Assembly (NCBI GenBank): GCA_030704615.1
Contig: CM060733.1
Location: forward strand, 47,492,001-47,556,000
DNA from: Takakia lepidozioides
Taxonomy: Eukaryota > Plantae > Bryophyta
Length of the DNA stretch: 64,000 bases
Direction: 5' to 3'
Shown here: positions 1 through 12,419 of the stretch, piece by piece
Layout of the letters: each line of letters begins with the position of its first letter
Position numbering within the stretch: the first letter of the stretch is position 1
Notes under the pieces: generated by a model
Told to the model about the DNA's origin: nothing
What the model saw: only the letters and a program-made list of their open reading frames with translations
Databases searched by the model: none
Translations under genes and position numbers: made by a program

Positions 1-243
1 TCACGGTTAACCAGCCCCGTCGACAGCTGCAGCCGGAGGGCTCGTCTGCCCCCCGAGGCCAGTACCCCCCCTCTTGTCCACATCTTGGATGCGCCAGGGG
101 CCGGCTCAGCCAGCTCTCCTATTCGGGAGGTTGTTGCTGAGCCAGATGCTCATTTGAGCACACCCCCGGCCACCAAGACGGGTAAAATGTACCTTGGTAA
201 GCACATCACCCGTTCGGGGGCCCGGTATGGGCACCTTTTGTCA

Positions 244-2114
244 TAGCGACCCCTTCCTCCGCAGCAAAGGCTGCACTTGCCAAGGCCCAACGTCAGGTTC
301 AAGGGCCTTTGAAAGCCTCCATTGCCAGCCCATTGTTGTCGATGAGGGAAGATGAGATGAGGAGGGCCAATGAAGTGGCCAAGATAGCAAAGCGCCTCGA
401 AGAAGTCAAGCCGGTGAGGGCTTCTACCTTGATACGCATTTTGGGGGGGGGGGGGGAGAGGAGGAGGTATGGGTTGGTTTGGAGCAGCCTAGCCGATCAG
501 CGACACCGCCCCCTGAGCCTGAGCGGTCAGCAAAGAAGGGCCTGGACTACGGGGCGCCGTCGCCGGCTATGCTCCAAATCTGGAATCTACTTCCAGTGGC
601 GCTCCGGGAGGGGATAGAGCGGACACATCCGGCAACAGGGACTCCGGCCACATCGGGTGATACCGGGGGCGAGTCGGACAAGCTTGCAAAGGTACAATTG
701 TCACACCTTGTTCCATGATTTATCCTTTCTTTTGCATGCATGATTTTCTTTTGTTGTTTGTTTCTTTTTTTGAATTTGGAGGGGTTATTTGTCTTGAGGA
801 GGCAGCAACATGGCTGGCCTCATTGGTGCAGTCCAGTGGGGTTGCCAATGAGGGAGAGCACGTGGTGGTCATGAAGGACCCGAACACCAAAGGTAAGAAG
901 AACAGGCCTTGATCTCCCAAGATCCCTTTTACCATCAATGAAGGGGCTGCCGAGAAGAGAGAGAGAAGGGAGAGGGAGAAGGAGAGAGAGGAAGTAGCGG
1001 GGAAGGGGAAGGAAAAGAAGAAGAAGAAGTCCCATGGAGAGGCAGGGGTGAGTGTGCATGCGGGGGAGGGAAGTGGGGTAACAAAAGAGCAGGGAAGGAG
1101 GCTACAAAGAAGGGAGAGGGTGGAAAGAATAACATGCCCTTGGCGATACAGGACATGGAGTTGGCAAAGATCGTGGTGCCACCGGTGGAGGTGATTCGCC
1201 ATGGTGACCCCTGCGGTGCGTTCTGGGAGGCTATGAAGAAGCCAGCCTTCGAACTCGCATTGAGGTGGTTCTCTTTGCACATCGAGTGGGCTGCACTTTG
1301 GCGCAAAGGGGCGTATGCCCGTGAGTTAGACCGCTGGTTTCCGGGCAATTGGAGTAACACAAGGGTGATAGAGATGGTGGGGCGAAACTTGAAGGACATG
1401 AGGTACCGTGCCAGACATATCATTTGGAGGGCAATGGAAAAGGGGGCCATACCCAAACCACCCTATGGAATTACACAGGTTGGCAAATCTTGAATCATGT
1501 CACCTTCCATTTGTTGCATGTGCATTAATGAGGTGGATTCGATGCAACGTATGTGTGTAATTCACTAATTGTTGGGGGGGGGGGGTGCATAGGAATCATG
1601 GGATGCACTCATTGCGGGAGAGACCGATGCCGCACCAAATTTGACCGGGCACGCGAAGCAACAACAGTCCGCCTTGACAAGCACGAATCCACACACAAGT
1701 GGGGCGCCGGCGGATCCAAGGGTTTTATCTTGTGATTTGTAAGTCGTATTTCCCTATGGATTTTGTTATGTCTTCTTTCTGGCTCCATCATCGCGAAGAA
1801 CTGACTTTAATTTGTGGCATGTGTAGTAACGCGCGTTTGAGATGAAGCCATCTCCGGTAGAGTACAACTACGCCAAGGAGCATGGTTGGCAATCCCTCAT
1901 GAAGAACATGGCCAACACAGAGGGGATGAGTGCACTACAGGGCACTAGTATGGTTGAGGTCGAGGGTCATGGCCAGGGATTGGATGAGAGCTCTGTGGGA
2001 CTTAGGGGAACGCCGCCTCATTTAGGTGCTCTGGCAAAGGGCGCGGAGTCATCAAGCTCATCGGATAGCTCTAAGTCCTCCACTGAGGATGAGGATGAGG
2101 ATGAGGATGACTAG
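244..2114 (+). pseudogene. Fragmented, spliced TnpA-like (CACTA/En-Spm accessory protein-like) coding sequence
   Basis: Exon-like ORFs 1134-1493 (..ELDRWFPGNW..KDMRYRAR..), ~1593-1735 (ESWDALI..THKWGAGG) and 1842-2114 (acidic tail) are separated by GT..AG pyrimidine-rich gaps. W..L and H..G.GG spacing recalls plant TnpA/Transposase_24 proteins. It lies directly upstream of a CACTG-type terminus at 3096. Confidence 0.4.
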
Positions 2115-2399
2115 TCCTAGTCCATGTAGGTCCCAGGGTCAGCCTACTCAACCCTTGTGAGCTTTTCAGCTCATTTCCTGTAAATATATTTCCATCTTTC
2201 CATCTTTCATCTTATTCATGTGTCGCACCGTCCTCACCCTCGATTCATGCTTGCTCAATTGTGTACCTGCTAAATCAAAGAAACGGAACTGTAAGGTCTC
2301 TCATCCCCAAATACAAAACCAGACAAAAAATAAAAAACCACCCCCAATTCACCCCCAAAATCAACCCCCAACCCCCCTCCCCACCAGGCTGCCCTCACG

Positions 2400-3096
2400 A
2401 CTGCAGGAGGTTGCCAATGGCGACGTGTTTTTTGGGCGGGGGTCGCACGCCGTGACGGTCGGGCGTCGCAAATCCCATTTGCGGGCGACAACGCCCGACA
2501 CCCCCTGCGACGTGTTTTTTTGGTCCGGGGGTCACAAGTCGCGACGCCCTTGCGTCGCGGAGACCGCCACCCTGCATGTGCCACGTCTTTTTATTATTAT
2601 TATTGAATATAAAACAAAAGTGACGCCAGAGCGTCGCAAAAACCCACGCTCGGGTGTGGCGGAGCCCGACTCCTGCTCTGTTTTTTTTTTTTTTGCCACG
2701 CCCAATAGTCGTTTGGCGTACCACCCGGCTTACGCCACGTGTTTTTGGGTTTTAGGATGGGACTCCCAGGCAGGTTAGAAAAAAAAAAAGGATGCGACGC
2801 CGCACCGGCGCCTCCACCAACGCCGTCGGCTAGAGGGCCGCGATGGCGGGACGTCGCTCGAAGGAGGCCCCTGCCATCGGCGCGGACGGCCTGAAAAGCG
2901 ACGTCCGGAAGGAAATGGGCGGGGGCTCGCGACCCCCATACGTCGCATTTTTGCGACGTTATTTTGGCGACGCCCATGCGACTGTCGGGCGACGGCCGGG
3001 CGTCGCAAATTCTGCGCCTGCCGCGTGCCCGAAAAAAGCGTTTCTCGACGCTGCGGCGTGGCTCGTACGTCGCAAAGGCCCCCTATTCCTACAGTG
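2400..3096. mobile_element. Right end of a CACTA-superfamily (CACTG-type) element with GCGACG/CGTCGC subterminal repeats
   Basis: Ends ..CGTCGCAAAGGCCCCCTATTCCTACAGTG (reverse complement begins CACTGTAGGAA) at 3096. Many GCGAC/GTCGC motifs in both orientations over 2418-3073. The left end is not seen and is presumably outside the window. Confidence 0.65.
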
Positions 3097-3632
3097 TGCC
3101 TTGACCATTTGATTTTCTTAGGGGGCAGTCCATGTTCATAGGGGTCATTTCTTCCATGACACTCATCGTCCTGACCCTCTGCCATTTTGTGACAATCGGA
3201 ACAACCCTAAACGACGTTTACTAATAAGTAACGGAAATTTAAACATTACTGAAACAAACGTGGAAATGGCTAAGAATTAAGGAACTGCGATCTCGATCAA
3301 AAAATTACAATTGACCCTAAACCCTTAACACGAAACGGGTTTGAATAAGTGTCATAATAGTTATTAAAATCTAATTTTGTAGAATGAAATGTTCCCGGAA
3401 GCCAGAGGATGGGCTGTAGGAGCATTCTGCAACGACTTCACATAAATTGTGGCAAAAAAATCCCCCAAGCCAATGGCCTCTTTCTCCACGTGACTACGTG
3501 TCGTTGAATAGTTACATGTCACGCACACATAAGTTGTATGGAGAGGAAGTGAGGGGAGAATGAGCCTCCCTTGGCTTATTTGCCCCCCCCTTTCTCATTT
3601 CTCGGTCCACGCGTAAGGCACACCTTCTAGAA

Positions 3633-4705
3633 ACGACCGCCACCATGGCGGTTGCTACATTTTAAAAAAACAACAAAAAAACGACTGCCAGAAATGGCGG
3701 TCGCTCTATTTAAAAATTAAAGAATAAAAGCGACCGCCAGTAACGACGGTCGCTCTATTAAAACAATAAAATAAAATAAAAGCGACCGCCATTTTCAGAA
3801 ATTAAAAATATACAAGCGACCACCAGTAATGGCGGTCGCTCTATTTTTAAAAATGAAAAATAAAAGCGACCGCCATAATTGGGCGGTCGCAGCATTTTCA
3901 GAAATTAAAAATATACAAGCGACTGCCAGTAATGGCCGTCACTCTATTTAAAATAAATAAATAACAAAAACGACCACCAATAATGGCGGTCGCTCTATTT
4001 TTGTTTTAAAAAAAACATGTGGCTGCCATTATTGGCGGTCGCTGCACTTTCAAAAATTAAAAATAAACAAGCGACCGCGGTCGGTCTATTTTTTTTTTTA
4101 AAATGACCACCAATAATGGTGGTCGCTCTATTTTAAAAAATAAAAAATAAAAGCGATCGTCATTACTGGCGGTCGCTGCATTTTCAGAAATTAAAAATAT
4201 ACAAGCGACCGCCAGCTCTATTTAAAAAAAATAAAAATAAAAGCAATCGCTAATAATGGCGGTCGACCTATTTTAAAAAATAAAAAAATAAATGCGACCA
4301 CCATTACTGGCGGTCGCTGTATTTTCTGAAATTAAACACATTTTTAATATTTTTAATATTTTTAAAATAAAGCGACCGCCCTATTATGGCAGTCGCTGTT
4401 TTTTTCTTTTTTTCTTTTTTTTCGTAAAATAGAGCGACCGCTATATTAATACTTTTCGCTTGATTTTTATATATTATTGAAAACAAGCGACTGCCAATTC
4501 TGGCGATCGTTTGTTTTTTTATATATTTTCAAAATTATGCGACTGCCAATACGGAGGTCGCTATTTTTAAAAAAAAAATTAGACCACCGCCACCGCCAAC
4601 ATGGCGTTCGTTTAAAAAACTTTTATTAAAAAAACACAATTGGCGGTCGCTCCTATTTCTAAAATTCCGAAATATAAAGGGACCGCCAGAATTGGCGGTC
4701 GCTTT
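3633..4705. repeat. AT-rich array of inverted GCGACCGCCA / TGGCGGTCGC motifs (probable non-autonomous TE interior)
   Basis: More than 20 copies of (A)GCGACCGCCA-n-TGGCGGTCGC(T) or its half-sites, separated by poly-A/T spacers. Confidence 0.75.
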
Positions 4706-4849
4706 CATTTTATTATTTTTCAAAATGTATTTGCCACCGCCACCGTGTCGGCGAAGTGGCTGCTTAAGTGGTAATATTTTACATAGTATTTTTTTTACTA
4801 GAATATTCCCGGAACCTGACGTGACCTGACGGATGTGACGCTGATAACC

Positions 4850-5900
4850 AGGGTTTCGGGTGTAAATAGAGAGAAGTGCAATAAGGTTTGGTTTACAGTA
4901 AGGGTAAGGGTTTAGGGCTTGGATTTAGGGTACAAAAGAACAAACAAATATGATGGACTCACACTCGGTAGAATTAATAAATGGTTGAGGTATTTTGATA
5001 TCCCTGTAATCATTCTATCATACATTATCGAACAAAAGAAAATATTAAAAGAGCATGAAATATTGAGAAGAGGTAACATGTAGTACAATAAGGTTTGGAG
5101 TGTAAGTAGGGTCGTACACTAAAGTTATTGGTTTATGGTAAAATTAATGGTTTAGGGGTGATGGTAAAGGTAGGGTTTTCGGTGTGGGTTTAAGGTACAA
5201 ATGGACAACAAATATGGAAGACTCACACTCACTAGAAATTGGTATGTGTTATTAGGATAAAAAATAAATAAATAAAAATGGAGAAACAAATATTATGGAA
5301 GAGTCATTGGGCCGGAGAAGTATTTAGATTGAGGATTCGTCCTTGGAACCTGATATTAAGATACATATGGTTATGGTATGGATACTTCATTCCCATTTGC
5401 ACGGGAAAGGTAAGGGTTTAGACGTGACAATGGCGTAGGGTTTTGCTTAGGGTTTCCGACGAGGGTTTAGGGTTTGGGTTGAAGGCATAAATGAAATGGT
5501 GAGCAGACATGCCAGAAAACTCGCACTCGCTACAACTTAGTGTGTGTTAGTAGGGTACAAAATGAGAATTTGGATGTAACATTGAAGAGATTTTGATAAC
5601 CATAATGGTTATGGTTATGGTATAGATAGTTGATTCCCATTGGCAAAGGCAAGGGTAAGGGTTCTTGGGTAATGGGTTAAGGGTAAATGTTTAGTGTTTT
5701 ATAGTAAGCCTGGTTTAAGGTAGGGATTTAAGGTTTTTGTTTAAGTTACAAAATGGACAAACATTTATGGAAGATTTGAGCAGTCGCTACAACTTAGTGT
5801 TGTTAGTAGGGTAGTAAGCAAAATAAAAATGAAGAACCTAATATTATGGAAGTGTAGTCATTGCATCGGACAAGTATTTAAATGAAAGACTCGTCATTGG
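4850..5900 (+). repeat. Degenerate ~260-310 bp tandem repeat containing telo-box-like GGGTTT(A) tracts
   Basis: Recurring blocks (caaatat..gactcacactc..tagaa ~4946 and ~5210; tcgctacaacttagtg..gttagtagggta ~5527 and ~5785), each preceded by GGTTTAGGG-like tracts. Confidence 0.5.
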
Positions 5901-6377
5901 AACCCAGTATTATGATACATAAAAAGAAAAGTTCGATAAAAAAATGTAAGTGCATGTCAATCCAAACCAAAGGCAAAACCTTCACTAGAAGCATGCATGT
6001 CTTTTCCGAATCGACTAGGTGTCCGCCAACCACTCCGGGAATCACTTGGTAGTAAGCGGGACTACTGGAGAGTCGAAACGGACAATGTGGGCCCACGGGG
6101 GCATTTCAGACGGTGGGCAGAAGTGGGGTCAACGACTCCGGAGTCGTAGCAGAAATCCGGGCTATTTAATTAATTATATAAATACATATAATTTGAAAAA
6201 ACGGAAATTACAAGTGGTTCTAATTACTGCACATACGACGTAATTTGAATAAATATATTTATTCATTAAAGTGAATATGTAGTCAACTCAACGACTCCAT
6301 GAACCACTGCGCATTGATTGCACCCGTGTTCGGGTCCACATTTGCTGACGTGTGTTTCATAAAAACAGGTAAAGAAT

Positions 6378-6626
6378 ATGTGGCCTTGGGGGAATAGATA
6401 TTTTAATATGTACTGCCTCCACCTGGAAGTGACATGGAAGGTCCATGGTGACATCGTGAAAGCTGGAATTGTAGGGTTTGTCATTCTGAACACCGCCCTG
6501 GTAGACATGTATGCCGAATGCGGGAGCATTGAAGATGCGAAGGTAATGTTCGACTGTGGCTCAACGAGATGTGGTGTTGTGGAGTGCGATGATCGCATTG
6601 GCAACAAGGCAAGGATGTATGCATGA
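6378..6626 (+). pseudogene. PLS-class pentatricopeptide repeat (PPR) fragment
   Basis: KVHGDIVKAGIVGFVILNTALVDMYAECGSIEDAKVMFD matches the plant PPR L/S motif pattern (..HxxxxKxG....NaLvdMYakCGsiedA..vFd). Isolated fragment; the DNA is similar to ~55510-56040. Confidence 0.8.
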
Positions 6627-6650
6627 TTTGTGCAGAGGCAGTGATAGCTA

Positions 6651-9200
6651 AGGGAGCAACGACGCTACCGCGTGAGCGTGAGCGTGAGCATGAGCGCGTG
6701 AGCGTGCGTTCACGCTATGCTGACATGGCGCGAGTGTAGGGGACCAGCAGCTGATGTGGCGTGAGCGTGAGGGTGACATGGCATGAGCGTGCTGACATGG
6801 CAGTGAACAACATGATGTGGCAGTCAACATGCCTACGTGGCAGTCCACATGTCCACGTGGGATTCGGCCAACGTGGCGGACGTCATGTCAACAGAAACAT
6901 GTAGCGCCTATAGCTAAGGGACCTATTGCCGTGGCATTCATTCAGGGTAAATAGAATACGAAAACACCGGAAATGGGAAACCGGAAACATGGAGACGCAT
7001 GCTTATCCATCCCATTTATTTTGCATTGATCACACTAATAAAATGGCACACATTCCGAAATTGCATTGGACGAAAGTCAGCTTCTTTCTATGTGCTTCTA
7101 TCCCACTGCATAAGTGTATTCTCCTCGTTGAAACTCATGGTGGCCTGGTGAATGAAGAAGTTGCGTTTGGCATCACAAATCATTATATTCAGGAAGATAA
7201 AATAAAGATGCTTGCAGGGTACAAATTTGTCTCTCTTTCCCAAACTTGTTGAAAGCATGCCAACAAAATCAGGACAGGTGCAGTTGGGGAAATTTGAAAC
7301 TGTGATGTCGTAGAATCTGTCATGGATAGCAGACGCAGAGGTCATTATAGTGTAGATCCGACCATACTCGGGATCTGCAACTTCCGTAGTGCCTGCAACA
7401 CGTCCTAGAAGCATTCGAGCGGATTCCACCTTGCCGAAGTGCTCGGCAGTTGGTGGGAAACGACGTACTACCTTCCCATTTCTTTTTGTTGGCCATGCAT
7501 CTGGATTGGCTGGTGGCACTCTAGAACTTCCTGAAGTGGAAGCACTTGCACGCACAAAGGCTTCTCGCTGAAGGGAGAACCCTGCCTCCTCCAACATTGC
7601 AATCTCCTGACTTGTGAGATGTGTCCCCACCTTGACAGGCCAAATGCTCGGTGGAGGAGGCTTTGTTTGGATCCCCCGATCTTTTTGCAGCTCGCAACAT
7701 CAACTCAGACTTGTCAGGGCCTTTGCCACCAACGCCACCCCTCAAGAAATCGCGATATCTCGTTTGTTGCAGCAGAGCTCGAATGAGATCATCTGCCGTC
7801 GCCAGATACAAATCTCGTCCCCGCTTTCTAGATTGCTGCAACCACGCATTGTGCACTGTCTCCGCTAGATTGTAAGAGGGCATGTCCGCCATCTCCTCAA
7901 TTGACAAGTGTTGCAGAAAGGGAAAACACACATGAACAAACAGGTGCACCCCACGACAACAGACATGATTGGAAATGCATACAAAGCCAATGAGAATTCA
8001 TGATCTGAAATTCAGGTACCGTTGTCATGCATGCTCCCCATTGTCTGTACCGGAAGTGCCAAAATGCTAACTAGTCTTCCAGCGCTCTCATATTGTCTTC
8101 TGATACAGCCCCAGATGAGAACCACCAGGCACAAATTGACTGGAACAAAGTATTCGCCTCCGCCATGCTTTTGGCATTTTTGTACTGTTTGCATAGCTTA
8201 AGATGAATCGGCCTCATGTCCGGTTTGATGTCTGCCTTGGTATGTTTCTGAAGAGACTGCGTCCAATGGAAAAGACTAGTTCGCTTTCTTCTTGGCATTG
8301 GCACTTTTGGATCTCCTGAACCGAACACAGTGCGAACAACATTGAAATTTGCTTGAGCACTGTCGGCCATAAAACCAGCGAAATTTGAGGATGGGACACC
8401 ATGGGATGCTATCACGCGAATGAGACATCTCCACATAAGCTGTTGCGACTCCGCATCCTCCGATTGCATGTCACACACTGCAATTGACATGACTCGCTGG
8501 TAGAAAGGATCGTAAACATGACATGCCATTGTTGTCCTGTCTTTCACTCGTTTGACGTGATCAAACATAAGGAAATAGTTCTGCAGATCGCCATCCTTTT
8601 GCATGCGCTTGACAAGACTCACACCGCTGCCCTCCCCGACCGTCGACATTTTGAAATTGTACACTTTGTTGGATCCTTGACCTGGGAACACGCCGTCTTG
8701 AATGTAGTCGTACATGCTAGGGCATGGAAATTGCGTGCGCTGACGCACACAATCCCATGCCCTGGATTCATGTCTTTTCTTCTTCAGAGTTTAGTGAAGT
8801 AGATCAATGTGAGTATTCTGAAAGTTACATGAGTGTTCTGATAGTTTTTCCTTTACTCCTTTCTTTTGTTCACTGAACAAAGAAGGGAGGCTGTGTTTGG
8901 AGCAGGACCTTCGGAGCACCTCCAGAAAATTGCGTGCGTCAACGCACGCATTTTCTGGAGTTGCTCTGAAAGCCATGTTTTGCACTTAGCATCTCTAACT
9001 GCACCCATGAATAGAGGGAAATGGGCTGCACATGTCCCTAAGAGACCCCCAAAAATTGCGTGCGTCAACGCACTCAATTTCTGAGGGTGCTGTGATGGAA
9101 ATCTAGAGCGAGAAACAGATCTGAATCCCACCAGTTTGTGAGCACAGAAAGATCGTCTTAAATCCATGAGTGACACTGTAGTGTGAAAAGAAGGGGCATA
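6651..9200 (-). mobile_element. MULE remnant B (terminus plus 3' half of transposase), related to family 2
   Basis: Terminus AGGGAGCAACGACGCTACCGCGTGAGCGTGAGC.. at 6651 with GTGAGC repeats resembling the family-2 end at 36950-36978. Contains the transposase fragments and TGCGTCAACGCA palindromes at 8728-9080. The inner boundary is approximate. Confidence 0.6.
7088..8730 (-). pseudogene. MULE/MuDR-type DDE transposase, C-terminal part with SWIM zinc finger (N-terminus missing)
   Basis: LMFDHVKRVK (D1), FAGFMADSAQAN (D2), SLFHW (CxxH position), PSYNLAETVHNAW (E), and SWIM YDITVSNFPNCTCPDF..PCKHLYFIF. Probable intron ~7900-8015, with frameshifts. Confidence 0.9.
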
Positions 9201-11089
9201 AATCCCCTTCTGTGTGATTCCAACTGTACTTCATTCCTAGTAAAAATATTTAAATTTAAAAAAAATAAAAATAAAATAAAATAAAAGACAACCTAGTGAT
9301 CTACCAGCGGCACACGGTTGTGGGTTTCCCTCATTTCGTTCATGATCAGAGTTCGTAAATCCTCATCCACGCTGCAGCGGAAGAGAAAACATGGACGGGG
9401 AATTGAGTCCTCCTTGTTCATGATTTACACAGTCTTGCTACATTTTGCAGCACCAACGGTGCTGCCATGATATTTTCAGTGATGCAACCAGCCCTATGAC
9501 TGAGCTAAATGCGACCCATGTGGGCATCTCCCTTGAGCGGCACACGTTCGAAAACCCCTTTTTGTAATGAGATCACTGATTGAGAGAAAGGCAGCTCAGA
9601 TCTGCCATGAACTACAGGCCTAGTGGTTCTCTGCAAATGTCATGGTTTTTCCTCTTATCTCCCAGTCGACCATCCCTCATTACCCTTTTTACTGGGCAGC
9701 TCTCTCCCTTCCCAAACTTTTTCTCTCTCCTTCCTGGTGTAAAGGTTCATCATTTTCTTCCAACAACAGCCTATCTACAATGCAATGCAAGACATATTCA
9801 GCCACGCATCCAGTGCATCCAGCCTTGGAATCAACCTTGGTCACACAAGACATGATCAGCTCTTTCATCAGTCTTTCTCTCCCCCAATTACAGGCCCTTC
9901 ACACTGCTTGCCCCCAAGAGAAACCCAGTTTTGCCCGACAGTTCTCAACCCTTCTACAGGTCTACAGCTAAACACCCCAACAGCTCTCTTTTGCCCTTTC
10001 AGATGTGAACCTCAACTGTTCAAATGCTGAACCACTCTGAAGCAGTTGTAGACTCCACATCAGTGTCGGTTTGCAGCCCCATCCACATCATCCTCTCTCT
10101 GATTTCAAGGAGGTTACAACTAACCCTCGCTAATGCCCTCATCAACTATGCTAGATTTGCACTATATCTAATCATTAAATCCCAAGGCAGCATTGTATGC
10201 AGACTCATGACACTGAAGCCAAATGAGCAGAAATGACAAAACAAACAGCAATCATTCTGTCACTGTGGTGAACTACATCTGTCCTCACTCAACTCTCCTA
10301 CAGACAATGTGCATCAGATCCATCCATCTCCACCCCATCCTAGTCTGAAGTCCAGAGTCCCCATTCCATTTCTCAAAGTCTTTTTCCCATCCTCATCATG
10401 CTCTCAATTTTGAGAGTCTCTACCAAAATCTCACAACAACGATTCATAAGTGCCAAAAAGAAGAGTTGAATCTACGAACTTATCTGTCTTATACTCTAAT
10501 GAAGCGGTGGGTCTGCCTGCCCAAAATGGCACCTCACCATCTCCGTCAGCAGCTACCTTAACTCCTCGTGTCGTCTTGATTCCAGCGTTCATTAAGTCAT
10601 GACGGCTCTGCTTCACCCTATGGCAACATCCCTGTAGCTTGCCAACTAACTACCTTATCTTACTATCTGGGCAATTCTACCCTAAGACCTGATATGAGGT
10701 TAGCTATTTCATGAGCATGAGCGGCATGAGCGGCATGAGCGGAGTAGTAAGACAATCGGTTTTCATGAGCAGAAGTACAAATTTCGAAAATAAAAAACAA
10801 TAAAAAAACATTAATTTAATGCAATGTGTCAGGAAAAACAAATACATTATTCGGCCCCTTGAAGGGAAAATTGTAGTTTTGACAGTTGTGCTCATGATAT
10901 TTCGTCTTCCGCTCATGCCAATTCCCAGCGACATGTGCAAATATGGCGCCGAATTTCGCGGTAATAGGGTCCGTAACCTGAAAAAACGGCGACCTATTTC
11001 GTGGTAATAGGTCTCTCTGGCGAAAAATGGTGCCGAATTCCACGGCTATAGGTCCCCTCATGACAGGTAATTCGGCGCCATTTTTGTTC

Positions 11090-12169
11090 CCCCTCGCCAA
11101 TTTGTGACAATGGGAACCAACGTGTATGCAAGCTTGGGTGAGGTCAGGGAAATGGTGCAACACATAGAACTGCTTGGCATTACAAACAGACATGCAGTGT
11201 GGTGGTTCTTTGCAATGCGCACACTTAAATGTGGAGTTCGGAACCTTCTCGTGAGCTCGATGAGCTGTGCCTGTCCAATCGGTCTTGTTCCTGTGACCTC
11301 TGGATTTAAAGTGGAAGCAAGTTGGGGAGAAACACCGCAACGCGCCCGCACAAACAGCGTAGCGCACCCGCACACCATCGAGCATCTTCATGCTGGTGGT
11401 TTTGGTAACGCACCAAGGATGACCGTCATGTTTTCTATCCATATCTGTCAACATTCCGGACGCCCTCGAGTAGTCCGCCCGAGGAGGGAACTCAAAGAAG
11501 ATATTACCGTCGACGTCGGCGGGAAGGCATGTAACCGATTTAATTGCGAACTTGCTGTAGTCCAGCCTGGCCAGCTCCGACCGGTGTCCCTCCAGGTGAA
11601 GCCCTCGCAGAATTTCAAGAATAGATCGAACTGCGGTGCTCGTGCTGGGAATATGACTCCCTCCTCCACTGACGTCCATTGAGGACTTGCCTGATCTCCA
11701 GGACGACCTCGGAACTTCCATGACCTCGTCTGAGTCGGACAGGTTGTGAACAACCCGGTTCTCGCTCGTCTTCATGGATGGGTTCGGCTCTGGATTTACT
11801 TCGTTGCGGACTTCTCTCTTTGAGGTAGCCACTCTCTGATTCGCGGATTGTTTCGTGGAAGGCGCCAGGATAGAAGGTGCATTTGGCGGGCAAATGAAGT
11901 CCCCAACAGCCCTGTATATGACGCTGTCCAATGGTGGAACTCGCCATTCCCTGCCATCGCCGAAATCATCGTGGAGCACAACAATACTCTCAACAACAAG
12001 GCCGTTTGAGTCCTTCCTTTCCTCCTCCAAAAAAAACCGACCCCGGTTTCAGGTGGTATCGAACGCACAGATATTTCTCCATCACCCGGCAGATGTCCCC
12101 TCTGCACGGAAATGAAGCTCTATGCTCGTGAGGAGGGCAGTACACTGTAGCGCTCAGGTTTTCCGCCAT
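11090..12169 (-). pseudogene. Family-1 transposase 5' part: N-terminal domain plus GCM-like Zn/DNA-binding domain
   Basis: Starts MAENLSATVYC (ATG 12169), with a frameshift at the poly-A ~12030. Contains DGHPWCVTKT..RYAVCAGALRC..C..FKCAHC..C..C..ACIHVGSHCH and is colinear with ORF 43386-45308. Truncated at ~11090 by deletion. Confidence 0.8.
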
Positions 12170-12419
12170 GGGAGATGTGCACACAAGACTGCCAGGATGG
12201 CGTGCGGGGAAGCTCCCTGGTAGAAGGGGGATGCAGCGATGGGAAGGAATGCGGTGCCGATTTGTCCGAGCGACGAAGCCTAATCCAAATCTAGGGAGCC
12301 AACTATCTCAAAAATCCAGAGTCAGAGTGTTAATGAACCTTGTCTCCGGAATGCAGCCCCTGGTCTTTGCGCAATAACTGCCAACGGTATGCAGTCAGAA
12401 AGTGGGGGGCCGTCCGGAT

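Noticed and set aside
6644-6921. 12-bp direct repeat ATAGCTAAGGGA (6644-6655 and 6910-6921) as the TSD of a small element
   Set aside because: No convincing TIR pair between the repeats, and the first copy overlaps the MULE-B terminus; treated as unresolved or coincidental.
9300-10687. ORFs in the CT-rich spacer
   Set aside because: No recognisable motifs; probably LTR or intergenic sequence.
7088-12169. One transposase gene joining the GCM part (11090-12169) with the DDE/SWIM part (7088-8730)
   Set aside because: A TIR and TSD at 10688-10740 separate them, and their associated motifs and termini belong to different families.
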